This document shows, piece after piece, positions 25,621-32,000 of a stretch of DNA of 32,000 nt. The notes below the pieces were generated by a model. That model made no database searches. It was given only the letters and a program-made list of their open reading frames with translations, and was not told where the DNA came from. Numbering within the stretch: the first letter of the stretch is position 1; the number at the start of each line of letters is the position of its first letter. A program made the position numbers and the translations under genes. Where the stretch lies: the NCBI GenBank assembly GCA_026002795.1, contig BPGA01000001.1:450001-482000 (forward strand). The letters are read 5' to 3'. Source of the stretch: Candidatus Saccharimonadota bacterium (GTDB taxonomy: Archaea; Nanobdellota; Nanobdellia; Pacearchaeales; GW2011-AR1).

Positions 25621-26874
25621 TTAGTAGTAACTTTCACCAAATTCTTCTTTTTCTGGTTTTTTTCCAAGCAATACAATTAAGACAACTAGCAATACAACAA
25701 AAACTATTGCTAAAATTATTGTCAATACAACAACAACGCTTGGTCTTTCTTCTTGAGAAACAAGACTGAAAGTTACTGTATCAACAAGTTTTCCATCTGG
25801 AGATAAGATGTTTATTGAATAAACCTGTGTTCCAGAAACTTTCGAAACAGCTTCAATTGTTACTGTTTTACTTGATCCAGCAGGCACTGCAACCAAGTTT
25901 TCACTTAATTTTACACTAACCCCTGTTGATGCTTCAGGTAGAAGCCTATAAACAACAAGTTCATTTGTTGGATTTACAATCAAAAGCTGGTTTCCAGAAA
26001 CAATAAAGTTTCCAGATGAGAAAGCATTTTTAACTTCAATCTGTAATGTTTTGCTTTTTACAAGATCCTCGTTTTCTGCAATAACTTCTAGAGCGTATTT
26101 CCCAGATTTTGCAGAGAAAGGTATTTGAACGAAAACCCTTCCGTTTACTGTTTCTAAATCATCTTCATCACATTTTCTTGAGATATCAACTCCGTAATTC
26201 TCTACAGGAGTTGAATCTTCGTCACACTCTAGAGCAACAACATCTCCAAAAAATGTGCTTTTTTCAATACCGAGAGCATTTACTTTTACTGTTACAAATA
26301 AATCTCTCAAATTATTATATCCTGTATTTCTTAAAACAACATCAACAGGAATTATCTCTCCAGCCCTTGCTGTTTGAGGTACATTAACAGATAAAAGATT
26401 TAAGTCAAAAGATTCTCTTTGAACTCTTAATGTATATTTTGCTTCTGTAGAAAAACCATCTCCACTTATTTTTACATTAAGAGTTACATCATCACTTAAA
26501 AAATCTCTAAGATCAAAAGGTACCTCTAAATTTAAAGTTTTAGAGTAGGTTTTTCCTGTTTCTACATCAAAAAGAGAAGTTCTTGATTCTGTTTCTTTCT
26601 TTTTTGTTTCAAGCTCAACTCTAACCTGTACATTTGAAACATTCACATCTGAAACAAATTCAACTCTCACATTAATATTCTTTCCAGCAACAATAGCAGG
26701 GTTTGAAGAGACATCAACACCATCAACTTCAACCTTTGTTATTGTACCTAGGCTTGCAGCACTTACAAAACCAGCAAAAAACAAAAGACCTGCTAATGCT
26801 AAGAAAAAAACCATTGCTTTCTTTTCAATTTTGTTTTCCATTTTTCTTTTAGCAAAAAACAAAGTTTTTTGCAT
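25621..26874 (-). CDS. anchored surface protein with CARDB-like beta-sandwich repeats (S-layer/envelope candidate)
   Basis: Signal peptide KKAMVFFLALAGLLFFAGFVSA. Repeated V.V.P..A.AG..I.V.V...N.G-type segments. C-terminal TM helix VVVLTIILAIVFVVLLVVLIVLL. The start was chosen at M29 of the track ORF because TTTATAAA (26897-26904) sits -30..-23 from it. M40 (26841) is an alternative start. Confidence 0.75.
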   Translation of the reverse strand: MQKTLFFAKRKMENKIEKKAMVFFLALAGLLFFAGFVSAASLGTITKVEVDGVDVSSNPAIVAGKNINVRVEFVSDVNVSNVQVRVELETKKKETESRTSLFDVETGKTYSKTLNLEVPFDLRDFLSDDVTLNVKISGDGFSTEAKYTLRVQRESFDLNLLSVNVPQTARAGEIIPVDVVLRNTGYNNLRDLFVTVKVNALGIEKSTFFGDVVALECDEDSTPVENYGVDISRKCDEDDLETVNGRVFVQIPFSAKSGKYALEVIAENEDLVKSKTLQIEVKNAFSSGNFIVSGNQLLIVNPTNELVVYRLLPEASTGVSVKLSENLVAVPAGSSKTVTIEAVSKVSGTQVYSINILSPDGKLVDTVTFSLVSQEERPSVVVVLTIILAIVFVVLLVVLIVLLGKKPEKEEFGESYY

Positions 26875-26896
26875 AGCTTTAATACAAAAATGAGGC

Positions 26897-26904
26897 TTTA
26901 TAAA
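26897..26904 (-). promoter_or_regulatory. TATA box (TTTATAAA) for the surface-protein gene
   Basis: Spacing of -30..-23 to the ATG at 26874, the same geometry as other genes in the window. Confidence 0.4.
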
Positions 26905-26971
26905 CTTTATCGTGATTACATATAAAAACTCCTGATTAGTACTAAATGTTACTAACAAAAAGTTTATTACT

Positions 26972-27754
26972 CTATTTTTTATTTTTCATGTTTTTATAAA
27001 TATTCAAAGCTACTATAGAATCTTCTACAGGAGAAGGACTTTCATTTATTAAAACGATTTTTTTATTTTGAGGAAGAGAGACTAAAAGTTTTTTTAAATC
27101 TTCTTTAGGTGTTATTTTGTGATGTCTTTCTCCTTTTTCAGTATAAACTATACCTGAAAAATGAACGTGAAGCTCTTTTTTATCTTTAAATTTTTCAATT
27201 GTTTCTTTAAACAAATAATTCTTATAACGAGCAAGGATGTGTGCAAAATCTATACAAAAATCACAACCGGTTTCTTTAACAAGATTTTCTATTTCCTCTA
27301 TGTTTCCAAAAACATTTACTTTACCCATTATTTCAGGAGCTAGTTTTGGCGTATAGCCTTTTTCTTTTGATTTATCTAAAAGCTCAATAATTTGTTTTTT
27401 TATGAAATCAAAATCTTCTTTTTTATTGTTAGAGTAATACCCTGGATGAAAAACAACTCTTGTAGCTTTTAACAGGGTTCCAACTTTACAACATCCAAGA
27501 ATTCTTTCTTTGCTTTTTTCTAATTTAACTTTGTCTTTTGAGTTTAAATTTATCCAGTATGGTGCATGTATACTTAATTCTATTCCTAATTTTTCTGCTT
27601 GTTTTCCTATTTTTATTGCATCTTCTTTTTCTTTTATATAAATACCATAAGTAAAAGGTATTTCACAAGCCATTAAACCAAGTTTTTTATACATTTCAAG
27701 ATTTTTTATAGAGTCTTTAATAGAACCCAATCCAGAAGGCCCAAAAAGTATCAT
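26972..27754 (-). CDS. nfo: endonuclease IV-like AP endonuclease (xylose-isomerase-like TIM barrel)
   Basis: LSIHAPYWINLNS, VVFHPGYY, CIDFAHILA and LHVHFSG...GERHH parallel the Nfo metal-binding motif order. Confidence 0.7.
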   Translation of the reverse strand: MILFGPSGLGSIKDSIKNLEMYKKLGLMACEIPFTYGIYIKEKEDAIKIGKQAEKLGIELSIHAPYWINLNSKDKVKLEKSKERILGCCKVGTLLKATRVVFHPGYYSNNKKEDFDFIKKQIIELLDKSKEKGYTPKLAPEIMGKVNVFGNIEEIENLVKETGCDFCIDFAHILARYKNYLFKETIEKFKDKKELHVHFSGIVYTEKGERHHKITPKEDLKKLLVSLPQNKKIVLINESPSPVEDSIVALNIYKNMKNKK

Positions 27755-27807
27755 ATATAAATAACAATAAAAATAAATAAAAACTCTTTCTTCATTAACA
27801 TTTTAAG

Positions 27808-28411
27808 ATGATATGTAGTTGACTTTAGAGACAACTGGCTTAGACTCCCGAAAAAAATTCTATAGTCAGCTTTGGGAGCTTTGTCCTTTTTTCGATCCAG
27901 ATGAACACTTTTTATGAGGAGTGTCGGATTTGGGATGGCGCTGAAATCAGATGAAAAAGCTTTAGAGGTAAACGGGTTTAGTCTAGCGACAGTTCACAGA
28001 CCCAAAGAAACCAGTCTACCAGAAGAACTTCTTAAAAATTTTTTTGGATGGGCTGAAAATTTGGGTCTTGAGAATTACTTGCTGGTCACAACGTTCAGTT
28101 TTGACGTTGGTTTTTTAAAAAGCCATTCTGAGAGGCATACTCCTTAATCAAGTATCCTTTTCAGTTATAGAACTATTGATTTACACTCTGTTTTTTGCTC
28201 TAAAATTATGAAGAATGGAGGTAGAGTTTCAAGTTTAGGATTTTCTCTTGATGAAATTTTAAAATATGTAGGTCTTTCTTCTGAACCAAAACCACATAAT
28301 GCTTTAATGGGCGCTAAACTTTCTTCTGAAGCTTTTTCTAGAATTATTTACGGAAAAAATCTACTAAAAGAGTTTGAAGAGTATTCTCTACCATTTTATC
28401 TTACTTTTTAA
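27808..28411 (+). pseudogene. decayed DEDDh (DnaQ/RNase T-like) 3'-5' exonuclease
   Basis: Motifs are scattered over three frames: (VDF)/ETTGLD at 27818-27845, HNVQF(D)VGFL around 28095-28125, and HNALMGA at 28297-28317. There is an in-frame TAA at 28145-28147 and frameshifts at homopolymer runs. The region is locally GC-richer than its neighbours. Confidence 0.7.
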
Positions 28412-29541
28412 AAAGCAATTAATCTCACAGAATCGCTAGCTGTTTTGAAATTTTTAGCTAAAATAAACTTAACTCCTTTTTTTTCAGCTTCTTGTATAAT
28501 TGTTTTTGTTGCGATTCCATTTAATATTATTGCTATTACTCTACTTTTATCTTTTAATTTTTTAAGAAAAGAAGAGACAGATTTTACTGAAGTCTCTTTT
28601 ATTTTATTTAAGTTCTCATCTAAAAAAATTGCTTTTTCATCTTCTAAATTTGAAGCGTAATCAATTAATTCTTTCTCTATTTTTTTATTTTTAAAATCAA
28701 TCTCTTCATTTTGATAATTTTTGTTGATCTTTAAAAAAAATTCTTCTGCAGGCACTTTTTTTCTTAATGCCTGCAGAATTTCTTTATTTGTGAGCTCTTC
28801 AACTTCTTTTCCATCAGGAGCAGATGCAATATACTTAATTCTAGCATTTTCAATTACATTTTGAGCTATGAGTTTTCCACCACGGTCCCCATCTACAAAC
28901 AAAATAATATCTTTTTCTTCACTTAACTTTTTTATACTTTCTGGAAGTTTTGTTCCATTCATTCCTATAACATTTTTAATACCGTTCCTTAAAAGATTCA
29001 AAACGTCTGCTCTTCCTTCTACTACAATTATCTCTTTTTCAGAAATATCTCCACAAGGCAATTTTTCTTCTCCATACTCTTTAATTAAAGAAGTTCTTGC
29101 AGCCTCTTTAATTTCTTTAGATATTTCTTTGGAGCTTGTCATACTACTCATTTCTGCTAAAAGCTTTTTTGCTCTTTCAATAATATACTCTCTTTTATTT
29201 TTTCTTACATCTTCTATCTTTTCAACCTCAATTTGTGCATCACAAGGACCAATTTTTTCTATTGTTTCAATTGCTGCCGCAATAAGTGTTGTTTCTGATT
29301 GATCTAATGCTGTAGGAATCATGATTCTTCCAGTTGTTATTTTATCTTTTCTTTCTAATTCAACTTCAATTCTTCCTATTTTTCCCTCTTTTTGAAGTTC
29401 TCTTAATTCTAAATCAGATCCTAGAAGACCTTCTGTCTGACCAAAAATCGCTCCGATAACATCTGGTTTTTCAAGAGCTCCTTCTACTCTAAAATTGGCA
29501 TATATCATATATTTTATTGATACAGGACTTATTTTTGCCAT
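28408..29541 (-). CDS. dnaG: archaeal DnaG-type primase (TOPRIM; exosome-associated)
   Basis: MAKISPVSIKYMIYANFRVEGALEKPDVIGAIFGQTEGLLG is the archaeal DnaG N-terminus. TOPRIM motifs: VVEGRADV and LFVDGDRGG. The start was taken at the internal Met because the upstream 30 codons of the track ORF look non-coding. Confidence 0.9.
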   Translation of the reverse strand: MAKISPVSIKYMIYANFRVEGALEKPDVIGAIFGQTEGLLGSDLELRELQKEGKIGRIEVELERKDKITTGRIMIPTALDQSETTLIAAAIETIEKIGPCDAQIEVEKIEDVRKNKREYIIERAKKLLAEMSSMTSSKEISKEIKEAARTSLIKEYGEEKLPCGDISEKEIIVVEGRADVLNLLRNGIKNVIGMNGTKLPESIKKLSEEKDIILFVDGDRGGKLIAQNVIENARIKYIASAPDGKEVEELTNKEILQALRKKVPAEEFFLKINKNYQNEEIDFKNKKIEKELIDYASNLEDEKAIFLDENLNKIKETSVKSVSSFLKKLKDKSRVIAIILNGIATKTIIQEAEKKGVKFILAKNFKTASDSVRLIAF

Positions 29542-29762
29542 TTTTTTACTCCAAAATTTTTTTGTTTTTGTGAATCTAGGATTCACAAGCATAGAAAAAG
29601 AAATAAATATTTTTAGCCTTTCAAAACCCAAATCATGAAATTTTAAAGGTGAAAATGAAATGAATGTGATTTAGGTAATAAATAAATTTCTTTTTCTATG
29701 CCTTATTAAACTAAAATTTTTTAGTTTTTAAAGCTTTTGTGAATTTTTTATTTAGATTTATA

Positions 29763-30335
29763 CTAAGAAGCAGACCGCATTTTAAATTTAGACTCTAAGT
29801 TTCTTATCTCTCTTATTTTACCTAGCTTTTCGTATAAAGAAACAAGTTTTTTCTTTATTTCCTCTCTTTCATTTTGCGAGGTAGAAATTTCAAGCAGTTT
29901 TTCGTAAACCTCAGCTGCTTTAGCTCTTTTTTTCTCTTTTTCGTATTTCTCAGCCTGTTTTTTATAAAAATCTAAAATTTGGGTTTTGATTCTTTTTCTT
30001 TCTAGAGTATTTGCTTCTAAAAGAGCCTTTTTTGTTGCCTCGTCTGCTTTACTGAAATTATCGCTGTAGATATAAAATTCAGCTTCTTTTAGATAAAAAT
30101 TTATTTTATCAGCAAAAGTTAAAGAAATCTGAGCTAAAGCATTATAACTCTCTGCTGCTTTTGAAAACATTTTTACCTTTTCATATAACTCAGCAATTTT
30201 TAGAAGAACAAATCTTTTCATATCCATGGTTAATGGTTCCTTTAGAAGTCTGTTAAGCCAATCTATTTGTATAAAAGGGCCTTTTCCTTGTAATGTTTTT
30301 TCAATCTCGCTTTTACTCATTCCTACTTTTAACAT
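29763..30335 (-). CDS. helical-repeat (TPR-like) hypothetical protein
   Basis: All-helical and K/E-rich, with repeated A..Y..LA/Y.KL segments. No catalytic motif. Confidence 0.5.
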   Translation of the reverse strand: MLKVGMSKSEIEKTLQGKGPFIQIDWLNRLLKEPLTMDMKRFVLLKIAELYEKVKMFSKAAESYNALAQISLTFADKINFYLKEAEFYIYSDNFSKADEATKKALLEANTLERKRIKTQILDFYKKQAEKYEKEKKRAKAAEVYEKLLEISTSQNEREEIKKKLVSLYEKLGKIREIRNLESKFKMRSAS

Positions 30336-30369
30336 AAAAAAAGAAAAGAAAAGAGGTATTTAAGGTTTA

Positions 30370-30546
30370 TTAAAGGCAACCGTAATTTCTAAATTTTTTA
30401 ATAATCTCTAAATCTTTTTCGCCACCAAATTCTAAATAATCCTCTGAATAGTTCTTATTAAACTTTTTTCTATAAAAAACGTAAAAAATAGTTCCAACAA
30501 ACAAAAAAGAAGCTATAGAAAATTTCAAAATTTTTTCAAGACTCAT
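30370..30546 (-). CDS. small single-pass membrane protein (58 aa, hypothetical)
   Basis: Below the ORF-track cutoff. Hand translation: MSLEKILKFSIASFLFVGTIFYVFYRKKFNKNYSEDYLEFGGEKDLEIIKKFRNYGCL. Confidence 0.3.
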   Translation of the reverse strand: MSLEKILKFSIASFLFVGTIFYVFYRKKFNKNYSEDYLEFGGEKDLEIIKKFRNYGCL

Positions 30547-30683
30547 TTTTTTGTAAAGATAAAAAATATTTAAAAAAATAATTGTAAAGTAAAATATCTT
30601 TTAATAAATAAAAATCTAAGAGATTAATTATTGTTTATAATTATAAAATTAAAAATCATTAAAATCATAAATCTAAAAAAGAA

Positions 30684-31970
30684 TTAATTCTTTTTCTTTG
30701 TAATTTCATTACAAACACCAGCAGCAACAGTTGATCCAGCATCTCTTATCGAGAATCTAGCCATCATAGGATTATCCTTCATTGTTTCAATACACAAATT
30801 TCCTTGAGGTACAACTTTTACTCTTGCGCTATCTCCGTTTCTTAAGAATTGTGGATTTTTTTCTACAACTTCACCAGTTCTAGGATCTATTTTTTCTATA
30901 AGTTCAACAATTCTACAAGGAACTTGTGCTGTATGAACATGAAAGATAGGAGTGTAGCCAACAGCAATTACAGTTGGATGATTAATAACAGTTATTGTTG
31001 CAATAAATTCTTCAGCAACAACTGCTGGTTTTGAAGCGTCACAAATAACATCTCCTCTTGCAATATCTTTTTTTCCTATACCTCTTATGTTAACTCCAAC
31101 ATTATCTCCTGCAGAAGCTTCTTGTAAAGATTCATGATGCATTTCAATACTTTTTATTTCTCCTTCTGTTCCTTTTCCTGTTCTACCAGGAAGAATAATT
31201 ACTTTTTGACCTACTTTCATTATTCCGCTTACAATTTTTCCTGTAGGAACTGTTCCAATACCTGTAATTTCATAAACATCTTGTACAGGCATTCTTAAAG
31301 GTAAATCAGTAGGTAATTGTGGTTGCGGGAACTGATCGAACTGTTCTATTATTGTTGGCCCCTTGTACCAAGGTAAGTTTTCAGATTTTTTAACAATATT
31401 ATCTCCTTTTAATCCAGAACAAGCAACAAATACTGTTGTCTCAGGATTGTAACCAACGCTTTTTAAAAGTTTACTTACATCTTCTTTTACTTTATTAAAC
31501 CTATCTTCTTGATAATTAACAGCATCCATTTTATTTATTGCTACTGCAACATTTTTGACACCAGCTGTTCTTAAAAGCCATAAATGTTCTATTGTTTGAG
31601 GTTCTACTCCTTGAACAGCTGAAATAACTAAGAAAGCAGCATCTGCTTGACTTGCTCCAGTAATCATGTTCTTTACGAAATCTCTATGTCCAGGAGCATC
31701 TATAATTGTTACTTGGTATTTTTGTGTTAGTATTTTTCTATAAGATAAGTCTATAGTAACACCTCTTTCTCTTTCTTCTTTTATTTTATCCATTACAAAA
31801 GCAAATTCAAAACCAGCTTTTCCGTGTTTTTCAGCTTCTTGCCTTAGTTTTACCATCTCTTGTTCAGAAACAATTCCAGAATCAAAGAGAAGTCTTCCAA
31901 TTATTGTTGATTTTCCAGCGTCGACGTGGCCAACAAAAACCACGTTCATGTTTGGTTTTTCTTTTGCCAT
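30684..31970 (-). CDS. tuf: translation elongation factor 1-alpha (aEF-1A)
   Basis: GHVDAGKST, RGVTIDL, DAPGHRDF and NKMD GTPase motifs with archaeal/eukaryotic-type EF-1alpha sequence throughout. Confidence 0.95.
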   Translation of the reverse strand: MAKEKPNMNVVFVGHVDAGKSTIIGRLLFDSGIVSEQEMVKLRQEAEKHGKAGFEFAFVMDKIKEERERGVTIDLSYRKILTQKYQVTIIDAPGHRDFVKNMITGASQADAAFLVISAVQGVEPQTIEHLWLLRTAGVKNVAVAINKMDAVNYQEDRFNKVKEDVSKLLKSVGYNPETTVFVACSGLKGDNIVKKSENLPWYKGPTIIEQFDQFPQPQLPTDLPLRMPVQDVYEITGIGTVPTGKIVSGIMKVGQKVIILPGRTGKGTEGEIKSIEMHHESLQEASAGDNVGVNIRGIGKKDIARGDVICDASKPAVVAEEFIATITVINHPTVIAVGYTPIFHVHTAQVPCRIVELIEKIDPRTGEVVEKNPQFLRNGDSARVKVVPQGNLCIETMKDNPMMARFSIRDAGSTVAAGVCNEITKKKN

Positions 31971-32000
31971 CTTAATAATGAATATAAAAATTTAGTAAAT

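Noticed and set aside
28145-28147. I considered that the in-frame TAA in the exonuclease region might be recoded (alternative genetic code).
   Set aside because: TAA is used as the ordinary stop by many intact genes in the window. The same region also carries several frameshifts and catalytic-residue losses.
28868-29302. 144-aa ORF antisense to dnaG, and the 71-aa ORF at 28445..28660.
   Set aside because: Both are embedded in a well-supported gene on the opposite strand and give low-complexity translations.
29542-29631. 30-codon N-terminal extension of the dnaG track ORF (MGFERLKIFISFSMLVNPRFTKTKKFWSKK).
   Set aside because: Archaeal DnaG proteins begin close to the conserved ...PDVIGAIFGQTEGLLG block, and the internal MAKISPV start reproduces that spacing.

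Overview
This window is a visibly AT-rich, tightly packed archaeal chromosome segment. Archaeal markers include aEF-1alpha, archaeal DnaG, diphthine synthase, DTD2-type D-aminoacyl-tRNA deacylase, Sua5, a TrmB-family regulator, an initiator tRNA with an A1:U72 pair, and class III (prepilin-type) signal peptides. The small, fast-evolving housekeeping genes suggest a DPANN-like archaeon, but that is inference. Many genes carry a TTTATAAA-like TATA box at -29..-22 from the ATG, which implies leaderless mRNAs.

Contents:
- Five tandem type IV pilin-like genes (118-3158).
- Sua5.
- A 260-nt GC-rich RNA that I read as SRP (7S) RNA.
- A metallophosphoesterase.
- A surface/secreted module: an SNase-lamin-tail nuclease, a cadherin-like adhesin with a near-perfect 2x267-bp internal duplication, and a signal-peptide protein with a beta-barrel-like C-terminus.
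- tRNA-Leu(UAA) with a 31-bp duplicated 3' end.
- Housekeeping and other genes: argS, ileS, dphB, dtdA, a GGDEF diguanylate-cyclase-like gene, an NPPY methyltransferase, initiator tRNA-Met, tmk, tRNA-Ser(GCU), rnhB, pcm, an endonuclease IV-like gene, dnaG and tuf.
- An SMC-headed ATPase whose hinge appears to be replaced by a central CPVC (Rad50-type zinc-hook) motif.
- A CARDB-like anchored surface protein.
- A decayed DEDDh exonuclease pseudogene.

Most interesting:
- The hinge-less SMC/zinc-hook hybrid.
- The GGDEF gene in an archaeal context.
- The beta-barrel-like protein.
- The pilin cluster.
- The compact SRP RNA that seems to lack helix 6.

No CRISPR array, transposase or integrase was seen.
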